Positions 27,958-37,952 are shown, counted from the stretch's first letter. The stretch: 64,000 nucleotides of DNA from Candidatus Omnitrophota bacterium (GCA_029261065.1 JAJDCB010000029.1:15448-79447), one strand, 5' to 3'. The notes: generated by a model from the letters alone, not told the origin. Translations and numbers: made by a program.

Positions 27958-28353
27958 ATGATGAGGAAGTTAAAAAGTTGTTTGATGGCGTTAATATTGT
28001 CATTAGCCGTATTTACCAATTCTGGTTGTTATGCGGTTGTTCTGGGAGCCGCAGCGGGAGCTGGTAGTGTTGCTTATGTAAAGGGACGCATTGAGAAAAA
28101 TTTTGATCGACCTGTCAAAAAAGTAAACGCGGCAACCTTGTCGGCTTTAAAAGGTCTTGATATTTTTGTCATTTCAGATGAATTAACCACGCATGAATCT
28201 GAAATTAAAGGGGAATATGATGATGGAAAAGAAGTTAAAATCAAAATTATCGCCCTTACAGAAAAAAGTTCTAAAATTACTATTCGCGTGGGTGTTTTAG
28301 GGAATGAAGAAAAATCGCTTGAAGTCCTTAACGCAGTTATAAAAAAGTTATAA
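27958..28353 (+). CDS. lipoprotein (DUF3568-like)
   Basis: Signal peptide plus lipobox NSGC, 131 aa. Confidence 0.45.
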   Translation: MMRKLKSCLMALILSLAVFTNSGCYAVVLGAAAGAGSVAYVKGRIEKNFDRPVKKVNAATLSALKGLDIFVISDELTTHESEIKGEYDDGKEVKIKIIALTEKSSKITIRVGVLGNEEKSLEVLNAVIKKL

Positions 28354-28448
28354 ACAGATACTAGTCGTTTTTGAAGGTTAGCTAGAAATTGATTTTAATA
28401 AAAAAGATCCAGTTCTAGTTAACCTCTAGAGCGTTGTGATTCTCAAAT

Positions 28449-29159
28449 ATGAATGAGCTTTCTGAAAATTCTTATATTTCAGTTATAATTCCTGCCTTCA
28501 ACGAAGAAGTCTCCTTACCCAAAGTCATCAATGACATTCCCAAAAATATTGTTAAAGATATTATTGTCGTTAACAATGCCAGTACAGATAATACTCCTGA
28601 AGTGGCTCGTAACATGGGATGTATTGTCGTTGAGGAGCTTAAAAAGGGTTATGGACAAGCGTGTCTTGCTGGAATTGCTGCCTTAAACCCTAAAACAGAC
28701 ATTGTTGTTTTTTTAGATGGTGATCATAGTGATCATCCTGAGCAAATGCAAAAACTCATTGATCCTATGGGTCGAGACGGTATTGATTTTGTTATTGGAT
28801 CACGTGCTTTAGGAGAAAGAGAGCGGGGAGCAATGGCTCCTCAGGCTTTTTATGGCAATAAGCTTGCGTGTTTCTTAATGAAATTGTTTTGGGGCTACAC
28901 GTACACAGATCTCGGACCATTTAGAGCCATTAATTATCAAGCCCTTAAGCGTTTAAATATGATCGATCAGGATTTTGGCTGGACAATCGAAATGCAGATT
29001 AAAGCGATTGAATGTGGTTTAAAAATTAAAGAAGTCCCTGTCGATTATCGTAGACGTATAGGTAAATCTAAGATTTCAGGTACATTTAAAGGAACGCTTT
29101 TAGCAGGTGAGAAGATATTGCGTACTATTTTTAAGTATAAATTTTTCGTAAAAAAGTAA
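28449..29159 (+). CDS. GT2 polyprenyl-phosphate sugar synthase (Dpm1/Ppm1-like)
   Basis: SVIIPAFNEE, DGDHSD (DXD), 236 aa. Soluble GT-A. Confidence 0.65.
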   Translation: MNELSENSYISVIIPAFNEEVSLPKVINDIPKNIVKDIIVVNNASTDNTPEVARNMGCIVVEELKKGYGQACLAGIAALNPKTDIVVFLDGDHSDHPEQMQKLIDPMGRDGIDFVIGSRALGERERGAMAPQAFYGNKLACFLMKLFWGYTYTDLGPFRAINYQALKRLNMIDQDFGWTIEMQIKAIECGLKIKEVPVDYRRRIGKSKISGTFKGTLLAGEKILRTIFKYKFFVKK

Positions 29160-29165
29160 TCTAAA

Positions 29166-30725
29166 ATGACAGACCACTTGAATAAAAAGATTGTCTTACT
29201 GGGAACCCTCTCAACCCTAATTTGGGTTTTTGTGATGATGATGTCTAAGGGATTGCCTGTGTTTTTTTGTCAGTGGTTAGATGCTATTTCCTTTCAGATG
29301 TTGACCAAAGAAATTATGCAAATGACTCATGGTTTTTATTATCAGGTCAACAACAATGATATGCCTACCGTTATTTATATCGGTTTTTTTATGATATGCT
29401 TTTTAATTATGCTTTATTTAGTGCGACGTCTTGAGAAGAATAAAAGACAAGATTTTGTTTTGGGTTGGATTGTATTGTTTTCCATACTCTTTCGCTGTGT
29501 CTTACTTCCTGCAGAACCTATCCATGAAAATGATTTTTACCGGTATCTGTGGGATGGAAAATCAGCCAATCACGGTATAAACCCTTTTAAATATGCTCCG
29601 GCTGATTTATCAATCTATGAAGCTCAGCTTAATGAAGATTTCTTAGATTTTGACAGCGAGGAGGTTCAAGAAATAAAAGAATTTAGAGAAGATGATTTTA
29701 AAAAACTGGATCATCTTATTGAATTACGCGATCAGAATTACCTTTTTTATGAGCGTATCGGGCATCAAGAAGTACCAACCATTTATCCACCTGTAGCCCA
29801 AGGAATCTTTGCAGGCATCACATTCTTATGGGAAGATCACTTTGTTTTTATGAAGATAATTTTTATGCTTTTTGATATAGGTGTGATATTTCTTATCATC
29901 GCTTTATTGTCGCATCTTAAATTAAATCCCTGCATGGTTATTATTTATGGTTGGTCGCCATTAGTTTTAAAGGAATTTGCTATCTCCGGACATTATGATT
30001 CTATCCCGATATTTTTTACCACTTTAAGTTTGTTTTTATTAGTAAAAGGCAAACAGTTAGGAGGCTCTGTGTTTTTGGCCATGGCTGCGTTATCAAAGTT
30101 TTTCTCAGGGTTATTGTTGCCCTTGTACTTTCGAAAAATGAAGTTTATTTATCTTTTTTGTTTTGCTCTTATTTGTGTGGTGTTTTATGTGCCCTATGTG
30201 CTTTGGAATGATACAGGTCTTCATGGCGTTTTTAAAGGGTTACATGTTTATAATCAAGAATGGAATTATAACTCTAGTGTTTTCGCGGGCGTTTATCTAT
30301 TGTTAGATAAGTTCATGCCGCAACTAACAAATGAGCTATTAAACGTTAAATTAATTGTAGCGGGGATATATGGCTTGATTGTCTTAACAATGGCTGCTAT
30401 CGCGCATCGAAACGATTTAGACTTTTTACATAAGTGCTTCCTTGCTATAGCTTTACTGTTTATTTTTAACCCAGTAGGAGATCCATGGTATTTTTGCTGG
30501 GCGATTCCATTGTTGTGCCTTTTTCCTTATAGATCTTGGATTTGGTTGTCTGGTTTATTAATTTTGAGTTATTTGAATTTTCATAGTGATTTGGGTGTTA
30601 TTAATGATAGATGGTTAGATATTCCAATAATCAGTTGGGTCATATACATACCTTTTTTCTTATATGTATTATTTGAGTTAGTGACAAAAAAATGTAAGGT
30701 TAATGATATTTTGACGACTAAATGA
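29166..30725 (+). CDS. GT-C-type integral membrane glycosyltransferase (DUF2029/PimE-like)
   Basis: 519 aa, more than 10 TM segments. Immediately downstream (7-nt gap) of the Dpm1-like GT2. Confidence 0.4.
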   Translation: MTDHLNKKIVLLGTLSTLIWVFVMMMSKGLPVFFCQWLDAISFQMLTKEIMQMTHGFYYQVNNNDMPTVIYIGFFMICFLIMLYLVRRLEKNKRQDFVLGWIVLFSILFRCVLLPAEPIHENDFYRYLWDGKSANHGINPFKYAPADLSIYEAQLNEDFLDFDSEEVQEIKEFREDDFKKLDHLIELRDQNYLFYERIGHQEVPTIYPPVAQGIFAGITFLWEDHFVFMKIIFMLFDIGVIFLIIALLSHLKLNPCMVIIYGWSPLVLKEFAISGHYDSIPIFFTTLSLFLLVKGKQLGGSVFLAMAALSKFFSGLLLPLYFRKMKFIYLFCFALICVVFYVPYVLWNDTGLHGVFKGLHVYNQEWNYNSSVFAGVYLLLDKFMPQLTNELLNVKLIVAGIYGLIVLTMAAIAHRNDLDFLHKCFLAIALLFIFNPVGDPWYFCWAIPLLCLFPYRSWIWLSGLLILSYLNFHSDLGVINDRWLDIPIISWVIYIPFFLYVLFELVTKKCKVNDILTTK

Positions 30726-30778
30726 CAGTATTTTTAGAAAACGGAAAATCATAACAATATTTAGCTCAGGAGAAAGTA

Positions 30779-31570
30779 ATGAAAAATTGGCATGTCGTTG
30801 TTATTTGTTCATTGGGTCTTTTTTTGATATCTTGTAATCAGCCGACTAAAGTGTCTTCTCAGGAAAAGGTTGTTAGCTCATCAAAAATACTCGTTGACTA
30901 TAATATTTGGAATAATGTCTTAAGGACATACGTTAATGATGAAGGGCTGGTGAATTATGATGGTCTTAAGGCGAATCGTGGGAAGCTCGATCAATTCGTT
31001 GCTCAAGTGAAAACGGCAAATATAGACTCATTAAGCTCAAATGAAAAAAAGACGTTTTGGATTAACGCCTATAATGCTTTAACCTTAAATCTTATTGTTG
31101 ATAATTATCCTCTAAAATTTGGTGGGATTCGAACGATTAATTGGGGTAGGCCATGGAGTATTAAGATGAAGGTGGCTAACCAAGATTTGACATTAGGCGA
31201 GATTGAGCATGAGATTTTAAGAAAATGGGATCCCATTGATCCTCGTATTCATTTTGCCATCAATTGCGCCTCTATTGGATGTCCTAAATTACCCAATAAA
31301 CCCTTCTACCCTGAAACCTTGGATGAACAGTTAGAGTTTGAAGCCAAACGTTTTATCAATGATAAAGAAAAAATTCGGTTAGATAAAACTACAAATATCC
31401 TTCATTTCTCGGCTATTCTCGATTGGTTTAAGGATGATTTCTTGGTTGTGGAAGAGGACATCTTAAGTTATATTAAGAGATATCTTAACGAGGAAGATGT
31501 GAACTATTTAGAGAGCCATGAGGTAACATTAAAGGCGTCAAAGTATGATTGGGGTTTAAATAAAAAATAG
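30779..31570 (+). CDS. DUF547 domain lipoprotein
   Basis: Lipobox LISCNQ. YNALTLNLIVDNYPL and IHFAINCASIGCP match DUF547. Confidence 0.5.
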   Translation: MKNWHVVVICSLGLFLISCNQPTKVSSQEKVVSSSKILVDYNIWNNVLRTYVNDEGLVNYDGLKANRGKLDQFVAQVKTANIDSLSSNEKKTFWINAYNALTLNLIVDNYPLKFGGIRTINWGRPWSIKMKVANQDLTLGEIEHEILRKWDPIDPRIHFAINCASIGCPKLPNKPFYPETLDEQLEFEAKRFINDKEKIRLDKTTNILHFSAILDWFKDDFLVVEEDILSYIKRYLNEEDVNYLESHEVTLKASKYDWGLNKK

Positions 31571-31595
31571 TACGGATAAGATGAAGGAGAGGGAT

Positions 31596-32648
31596 ATGGA
31601 AACGTTTACACATCAAAAAGTATCAGAATATTACGGGAAGGTATTAAAGACAAAAAATGATTTAAAAACAAGTGCGTGTTGCACGTTAGATAAATTGCCG
31701 GTATATGTCAGAGAGCCTTTAAAGCTTATAGAAGATGAAATTCAAACAAAATTTTATGGGTGTGGATCGCCTTTTCCATTAGTGCTGGATGGTATGAAAG
31801 TTCTTGATTTAGGTTGTGGGACGGGGCGTGATTGTTTTGTCCTAAGTTATTTTGTAGGTGAAAAAGGTGAGGTTGTTGGGGTTGATATGACAAAGGAGCA
31901 GCTTGAGGTTGCCCATCGATATACGTCCATTCAGATGGAGAAGTTTGGATATAAGAAACCGAATGTTAAATTTTTTCATGGGTATATTGAAAATCTTCAA
32001 GAAATTGAGCTGCCAGATAATTATTTTGATATTGTTATTTCTAATTGTGTTGTGAACTTATCACCGGATAAACCTTCTGTTTTAAAAGAAGTTTTTCGTG
32101 TTTTAAAAGAGGGGGGCGAGTTCTTTTTTTCTGATGTCTATGCCGATCGTCGTTTGCCTCAGTGGGCGCGTGAAGATCAAGTTCTTTTGGGAGAGTGTTT
32201 GGGAGGGGCTTTGTATTGGAAAGATTTTGAACGGTTGGCTAAGAATACAGGCTTTAATGATCCGCGCGTCTTTGCCTGCTCTAAAATTGATTTACATGAT
32301 CAAGAAACTATTGATAAAATTGGATTTGCACATTTTAATTCTATTACATATCGCCTTTTTAAATTAAAAAATCTTGAAGATGCCTGTGAAGATTTTGGTC
32401 AGGTCGCAACATACAAGGGAACAATTAAAGAAAGCAAGCATCAGTTTATGTTAGATAATCATCACCTCTTTGAAGAGGGAAAGCCGATGCTTGTCTGTTC
32501 GAACACAGCCAGTATGCTAGAAGATACGCGTCTTAATAAACATTTTGATATTGAAGGAGATCTTTCTACACATTACGGGTTATTTGAAGGGTGTGGTGAA
32601 TCTCCTATTGAAAGTGATTCTGATAAACCAGCTGGAGGGTGTTGTTAG
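31596..32648 (+). CDS. arsM: arsenite S-adenosylmethionine methyltransferase (ArsM/AS3MT family)
   Basis: SAM motif I VLDLGCGTGRDCF. ArsM-conserved Cys contexts TSACCTLD (N-terminal Cys pair), ISNCVVNLSPDK and LLGECLGGALYW. ATG 31596 preceded by AAGGAGAG; the ORF opens at 31581. Confidence 0.65.
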   Translation: METFTHQKVSEYYGKVLKTKNDLKTSACCTLDKLPVYVREPLKLIEDEIQTKFYGCGSPFPLVLDGMKVLDLGCGTGRDCFVLSYFVGEKGEVVGVDMTKEQLEVAHRYTSIQMEKFGYKKPNVKFFHGYIENLQEIELPDNYFDIVISNCVVNLSPDKPSVLKEVFRVLKEGGEFFFSDVYADRRLPQWAREDQVLLGECLGGALYWKDFERLAKNTGFNDPRVFACSKIDLHDQETIDKIGFAHFNSITYRLFKLKNLEDACEDFGQVATYKGTIKESKHQFMLDNHHLFEEGKPMLVCSNTASMLEDTRLNKHFDIEGDLSTHYGLFEGCGESPIESDSDKPAGGCC

Positions 32649-32666
32649 CTTTAGATCATATATCAC

Positions 32667-33317
32667 ATGCCCATTGATATCATCATCCCCATTCTCAACG
32701 AAGAAAAAATTCTTACCGAAAAAAAAGACTACTATTCCAAACTACAGAAATTTTCCAATGTTGTCTTTGTTGATGGCGGTAGTTCTGATCGTTCTATAGC
32801 AGTGGCAGCCCAGTATGGAGAGGTTATTGAATCAAAGAAGGGACGAGCCTTTCAGAAAAACTTTGGTGCCAAACATACCCAATCCGAATTCCTCCTATTT
32901 TTACATGTTGATTCTTTTATAAATACAAAAAGTCTTAAAAAAATTGTTTCTCTATTAGAAAAGAAGAGTGTGGCTGGATGTTTTCAAATGAAAATTTTAG
33001 ATACGAGATTGATTTTTCGGTTATATGAATGGGCAGTCAATACAAGAGCGAAAACTTTAAAAGTCCTTGATGGCGATTTAGGCTTGTTTATCAGGCGTGA
33101 CGTTTTTGAAGGTTTAAATGGCTATGATCAATTGCCAGTGATGGATGACATTGTCTTTTCTAAACGTTTGCGAGATAAAGGAGAAGTTGCCATATTAGAT
33201 GACGCGATTTATGTCTCTAGCCGTAAATGGCATGAAAGTGGTTTTTATATCACGTTATTTCAATATTCTTGGGCGTATTTGAAACTGTGGTTTGGCATTC
33301 TAAGGCCTTCAAAATAA
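32667..33317 (+). CDS. glycosyltransferase, TIGR04283-like (rSAM/selenodomain-associated transferase 2 type)
   Basis: IIIPILNEE...FVDGGSSD GT-A signature. 216 aa. 19 nt downstream of arsM. Confidence 0.5.
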   Translation: MPIDIIIPILNEEKILTEKKDYYSKLQKFSNVVFVDGGSSDRSIAVAAQYGEVIESKKGRAFQKNFGAKHTQSEFLLFLHVDSFINTKSLKKIVSLLEKKSVAGCFQMKILDTRLIFRLYEWAVNTRAKTLKVLDGDLGLFIRRDVFEGLNGYDQLPVMDDIVFSKRLRDKGEVAILDDAIYVSSRKWHESGFYITLFQYSWAYLKLWFGILRPSK

Positions 33318-33423
33318 AGAGTAAAGCACAAAAAATTGATTATTTCTTGCCTTTTGCTGATATCATTTTATATTATTAATAAGAGATAAATCTTAGATTA
33401 ATCTATCATGATTGGATAAAACA

Positions 33424-34077
33424 ATGAAACTAGAAGACGTAACACAAATTTTATCATTAGCATTTACGAATGCTATACTAGAAATTTTTCAAACAACGGT
33501 TCAAATACCAGTGAAAGAAACGGAAGATGATTGCCTTCCATCTGGAGATATGTCTCTGGTTAGTTCTATTGGGATAACAGGAGGCATTTCTGGGAATGTG
33601 AGTGTCTGTTGTTCAAAAGAGTCAGTAGCTAAGGTTATTTCTAAAATGCTTGGTACGGAGGTTACGGCGGATTCTGAAGATTTGAAAGATGGGCTTGCAG
33701 AGATTGTCAATATGGTTGCAGGCTCAACAAAGAATAAATTGGAAGTCACACGTTTTCTTATAAATTTAAGTATTCCAACAACCTTGATGGGGAATCAAAT
33801 TTGTATAGAAAAGTCTAAGAATACAGAGCTTATTGAGAAAGATTTTGTTAATGATTTAGAAGGTGTTGCAATAAAAACATATTTTGCTTTTAAAATAGTT
33901 CCTGATGAAGAAGCTAAAAAAGCACAAGAGGCTATAGCTAATGCGGGGAATGCTGAGCTTAATGAGATGGAAAGTTTAATGAAATTATCGGAAGGAGCGG
34001 CTTTAGCAGAACTGGCTGAAGAGACTCCGAAAGACGATACACCGCCACCACCAACACAACCACCTCCTGCGAGTTAA
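33424..34077 (+). CDS. CheX/CheC-family protein with Pro/Ala/Glu-rich C-terminal extension
   Basis: CheX-like core (LSLAFTNAILEIFQTTVQIPV...GISGNVSVCCSKE...EIVNMVAGSTKNKL). Tail ...DDTPPPPTQPPPAS. The ORF opens at TTG 33412. Confidence 0.5.
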   Translation: MKLEDVTQILSLAFTNAILEIFQTTVQIPVKETEDDCLPSGDMSLVSSIGITGGISGNVSVCCSKESVAKVISKMLGTEVTADSEDLKDGLAEIVNMVAGSTKNKLEVTRFLINLSIPTTLMGNQICIEKSKNTELIEKDFVNDLEGVAIKTYFAFKIVPDEEAKKAQEAIANAGNAELNEMESLMKLSEGAALAELAEETPKDDTPPPPTQPPPAS

Positions 34078-34119
34078 ATATTATATCACCTTTAGATATG
34101 TTCCATTTTTTCTTTGATT

Positions 34120-34527
34120 ATGTCTGCTGAGAGCGAGAATAAAATAAATTCTGTGCGAGTTGACAAATGGTTGTGGTCTGTGCGCATTTGTAAGACGCGT
34201 AGAATTGCTTTGGATTTGTGCAAGAAGGGAAAAGTGTTTATCAATGATCAGCCAGTTAAGCCATCGCGAGATGTTAGAGTAGGAGATATTCTGTCAGTGA
34301 GACGCGACGGGATTTTATTTACTTTTGAGGTCTTAAAATGCATTGATAAGAGGGTTGGCGCACCGATTGCTGAAACTTGCAGAAAAGATAAGACTACTAA
34401 AGAAGAACTCGAAAAAATTGTCATGATTAAAAAGGGGTGGGTTCCGCGTAGAGAAAAAGGTGCTGGTCGCCCTACTAAGAAAGATCGAAGAGATATGGAA
34501 GCTTTTTTGGATCCAGATCGAGAGTAG
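34120..34527 (+). CDS. S4 RNA-binding domain protein (Hsp15/HslR-like)
   Basis: VRVDKWLWSVRICKTRRIA...GKVFINDQPVKPSRDVRVGDIL S4 motif. Basic C-terminal tail. The ORF opens at TTG 34114. Confidence 0.55.
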   Translation: MSAESENKINSVRVDKWLWSVRICKTRRIALDLCKKGKVFINDQPVKPSRDVRVGDILSVRRDGILFTFEVLKCIDKRVGAPIAETCRKDKTTKEELEKIVMIKKGWVPRREKGAGRPTKKDRRDMEAFLDPDRE

Positions 34528-34535
34528 AATAAATT

Positions 34536-35378
34536 ATGAATAGAACATCAGAACCGGTTAGAGCCCATGATACCCCTTGGCGGGCGAGTCTTTACAAAGT
34601 CATATTTGAAGCTGAAACACCAGCAGGAAAAAATTTTGATGTCGTTTTGTTGTGGGCGATTTTGATAAGTGTGATAGCTGTACTTTTAGAAAGCGTGCAG
34701 TCTATTGGCGCCCAGTATGGGGCTACTTTACGTGCCATAGAATGGATATTAACCATTCTGTTTTCAATTGAGTATTTGGTGCGATGTCTATGTGTTAAAA
34801 AGCCATTTCAATACATGAAGAGTTTTTTAGGCGTCATCGATTTTTTCGCCATTATCCCAACATTTCTCAGTTTAATTATGATAGGAGCGCAATCACTATT
34901 GGTGATTCGAGCGCTTCGTTTGTTGCGTGTTTTTCGTGTGCTTAAATTGGGGCGTTATTTAAAAGAATTTAATATCTTAATCAAAGCCCTAAAGAGTAGT
35001 TACGACAAGATTATGGTTTTTTTGTTTTCAATCCTTACCTTAACTCTCATTGCCGGAACCGTGATGTATCTCGTTGAAGGTGAGTCTAGTGGTTTTACGA
35101 GTATTCCTCGTAGCATTTATTGGGCGATTGTAACGATGACCACGGTCGGTTATGGTGATATTGCCCCAAAAACGGTTCTTGGTCAATGTATAGCCTCGAT
35201 AATTATGATTTTGGGTTATGCTATTATCGTTGTTCCCACCGGTATCTTCTCTGTTGCTCTTACGCGTGCGACATTAGAGGAGGGTTCCAAAAAATATTGC
35301 CCTCATTGTAAGATTTCCGCTTATGGTCACGACGCATATTATTGTCGCATTTGCGGGACAGCCCTGGATCTTGGTTAA
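34536..35378 (+). CDS. voltage-gated K+ channel (6TM, Kv-like) with C-terminal zinc-ribbon
   Basis: S4 voltage sensor RALRLLRVFRVLKLGRYLK. Selectivity filter TTVGYGD. C-terminus CPHCK...CRICG (CXXC...CXXC). Confidence 0.75.
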   Translation: MNRTSEPVRAHDTPWRASLYKVIFEAETPAGKNFDVVLLWAILISVIAVLLESVQSIGAQYGATLRAIEWILTILFSIEYLVRCLCVKKPFQYMKSFLGVIDFFAIIPTFLSLIMIGAQSLLVIRALRLLRVFRVLKLGRYLKEFNILIKALKSSYDKIMVFLFSILTLTLIAGTVMYLVEGESSGFTSIPRSIYWAIVTMTTVGYGDIAPKTVLGQCIASIIMILGYAIIVVPTGIFSVALTRATLEEGSKKYCPHCKISAYGHDAYYCRICGTALDLG

Positions 35379-35433
35379 CTCATTTTCCACATCCTAAGTA
35401 GAATCGATTTATTATTGTGCTATAATATGCGCT

Positions 35434-37842
35434 ATGCATAAACGGATACCTAAGTTTCTTTTTGTTTTTTTCTTTCTATCTGGGGCTAGTGCGTTGATGT
35501 TTGAGATCGTCTGGCAACGCTTAATGGTTCTTATATTTGGGTCGAGTGCTCCGGCAACTACGGCTATTCTGACGGCTATTTTCTGTGGTTTTGCCTTAGG
35601 CAGTTGGGTGGGAGGAAAACTTTTACGGAAGATTAAACGTGTTTATCTTTTTTACGCGGCCATTGAGATTTGGATTTGCCTTTGGGGTATTTCGGTTCCG
35701 CATCTTCTTAAAGGGGCTGATGCCCTACAATTGATTATGTTTAAAAGTGCTTCGATGGGGAGTTTGTCATTCTTTTTTGGTCGTTTTGCGTTGGCAATTT
35801 TGGCTGTTCTTCCCGCGACATTTGGGATGGGGGCTACCATCCCAGTCATGAACAAAATTTTAACACAATTTCGATCCATTGGACCTGGAATTGCTTTGGC
35901 TTATGGAGTCAATACGATTGGCTCAGTGGGGGGCTGCCTCTTAACAGGGATCGTATTGATACCAACGTTGGGCATCAACCATTCTTTGATGGTCGCTGGA
36001 AGCATGAACTTAATTGTTGGATTTGGGTTATGGATTTATTCCGTGGCAGGCCAAGAACGCGTTCTGGCTATTGCTAGCGAGGATAAGATTTCTGAGCAGA
36101 AAACACAGCCTAAGCTTAAATCTTCTCTTACATCGCAGTTAATGTTTTTTTATTTTATTTCTGGCTTTTTAGCCCTTGGTTACGAAATTGTTTGGTTTCG
36201 TTTGATGGGGATGTTGACCACAAACTCTATGATCACCTTTACCGTAGGTCTCGCGGTTTACCTTTTGGGTTTTTCTTCCGGAAGCCTTCTTCTTTATCCA
36301 GCGCTTTCAAAACGTTTATCAGCAGGGTGGATTTTTTTCTATTCCAATGTTGGTGCTGGTCTGATGACGTTATGTTTGATTCCTCTCTATTATTATTTTT
36401 CTGATATTAACCATTTACGCTTTTTAGATCAATGGTTTGATGCGTGGCAGTTAACACCTTATTTACGTATAGTCCTAGAGGAAGGTTTTTTTGCCTTCAT
36501 CATTATGTTGATTCCACCTGTTTTTATGGGGCTCGCCTATCCATCCATTTGTGCCTTAACGATTTCTGATGTAAGTCAAACACCCAATCGAAGTGGTTGG
36601 ATTTATTCTCTTGGCACCTTTGGCGCGGCTTGCGGTGCGATTTTGGTGGGGTTAGGTATTGTGCCGATTTTTGACATTATGATGAGTTTAGCTCTTTTGT
36701 GTTTAATGAGTTTTATATTATCTTTTGCCACAATGATGAGTATTGATTCTGATTTTCGAAAAGTAAAAGGGTCTTTATCAACAGTTCTGATTTTTTTGAT
36801 CATCATCGCATTAAGTTACGGTTTTTTAGCTCATCCCATTATTAGGGGAGGAGGTCGTTTGACTAAGAGCGGGGATCACTGGTTATTTAAAGATCCTCAT
36901 CCGGAATTCCCTAACGCTAAACGAAGTTTGCATCGCTATAAATCGGGTGGTGTTGGAAATGTTAGTGTGGATCAATTTGAAACGAGAAAAGAAACATTTC
37001 GACGGTTGTTAATAGACGGACAGAGAGTTGCTTCAACAAGGTTTGGGCCAAAGGTCGATGCCAAGATGCTCGCGCATGTTCCGTTAGCCATTCATCCCCA
37101 ACCAGAACGTGCTTTAAGTGTGGGTTTTGGTAGTGGAGGTACATCTTGGTCGATGACACGTTACGGCATTGAAGTGGATTGTGCAGAGATCGAACCAGAG
37201 GTTGTCCGTTCCGCTCATCTATTTTCTGATCAAAATTATAATATTTTAGAGGAGCCTAACTACCGTGTTATCATGAATGATGTTCGTAATTATCTTCATT
37301 TAACGGAGCAACGTTATGATGTCGTTTCAACGGATGTCACAAATTTGCAGTATAAACAAAATGGGAGTTTATATACTAGAGAATACTTTCAATTAATAAA
37401 AGATCATTTGACTAGTGATGGTGTGGCTGCCGTATGGATGCCGATGCTTTGGAGTAATGTTTATGATTTTCAAATATTACTTAAGACCTTTCAAACAGTC
37501 TTTCCACATAGTTCTGTTTGGTATTTTGACAGTTATTATGTGATCCTCATTGGCACCCCTGAGCCATTAGAAGTTGATGAAAAACGTTTAGCCTCTCTTT
37601 TCCGTGATCCTAAAATTGCTGCTGATCTAAAGGAAATCAATGTTACAACTCCTGAGCAATTTCTTGAATTTTTGATTATGGATGAAGAGGGGGTGAGTAA
37701 AATTTCAGAAGGGATGCCGATACATACCGATGATTATCCCATTTTAGAATTTAGAAATATTCCTCATCTCTATTATGGACAAATGGTGACACTTAAGGAT
37801 ATTGCCCCTTTTCTCATCGATTCTACATCAATTGCGGAATAA
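35434..37842 (+). CDS. fused polytopic membrane domain / spermidine-synthase-like aminopropyltransferase
   Basis: About 14 N-terminal TM helices. C-terminal SpeE-like fold (ALSVGFGSGGTSWSM, VIMNDVRNYL, YDVVSTDV). Confidence 0.55.
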   Translation: MHKRIPKFLFVFFFLSGASALMFEIVWQRLMVLIFGSSAPATTAILTAIFCGFALGSWVGGKLLRKIKRVYLFYAAIEIWICLWGISVPHLLKGADALQLIMFKSASMGSLSFFFGRFALAILAVLPATFGMGATIPVMNKILTQFRSIGPGIALAYGVNTIGSVGGCLLTGIVLIPTLGINHSLMVAGSMNLIVGFGLWIYSVAGQERVLAIASEDKISEQKTQPKLKSSLTSQLMFFYFISGFLALGYEIVWFRLMGMLTTNSMITFTVGLAVYLLGFSSGSLLLYPALSKRLSAGWIFFYSNVGAGLMTLCLIPLYYYFSDINHLRFLDQWFDAWQLTPYLRIVLEEGFFAFIIMLIPPVFMGLAYPSICALTISDVSQTPNRSGWIYSLGTFGAACGAILVGLGIVPIFDIMMSLALLCLMSFILSFATMMSIDSDFRKVKGSLSTVLIFLIIIALSYGFLAHPIIRGGGRLTKSGDHWLFKDPHPEFPNAKRSLHRYKSGGVGNVSVDQFETRKETFRRLLIDGQRVASTRFGPKVDAKMLAHVPLAIHPQPERALSVGFGSGGTSWSMTRYGIEVDCAEIEPEVVRSAHLFSDQNYNILEEPNYRVIMNDVRNYLHLTEQRYDVVSTDVTNLQYKQNGSLYTREYFQLIKDHLTSDGVAAVWMPMLWSNVYDFQILLKTFQTVFPHSSVWYFDSYYVILIGTPEPLEVDEKRLASLFRDPKIAADLKEINVTTPEQFLEFLIMDEEGVSKISEGMPIHTDDYPILEFRNIPHLYYGQMVTLKDIAPFLIDSTSIAE

Positions 37843-37902
37843 TTCGTTTAAGCTTAGGAAGAGAAAATGCATGAGTTTGGCATGGCGTCTAAGAGTCTCA
37901 AA

Positions 37903-37911
37903 TGTTATAAT
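37903..37911 (+). promoter_or_regulatory. extended -10 promoter element (TGtTATAAT) upstream of the GGDEF gene
   Basis: tgttataat at 37903-37911, 42 nt upstream of ATG 37953. Confidence 0.3.
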
Positions 37912-37952
37912 CCTTCCAGAAAACCGACCAATCTTTTTCAAATTTTGATCCT

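Noticed and set aside
31596-32648. ArsM as part of a classical ars resistance operon
   Set aside because: No arsR, arsB/acr3, arsC or arsA is in the vicinity. The neighbours are glycosyltransferases.
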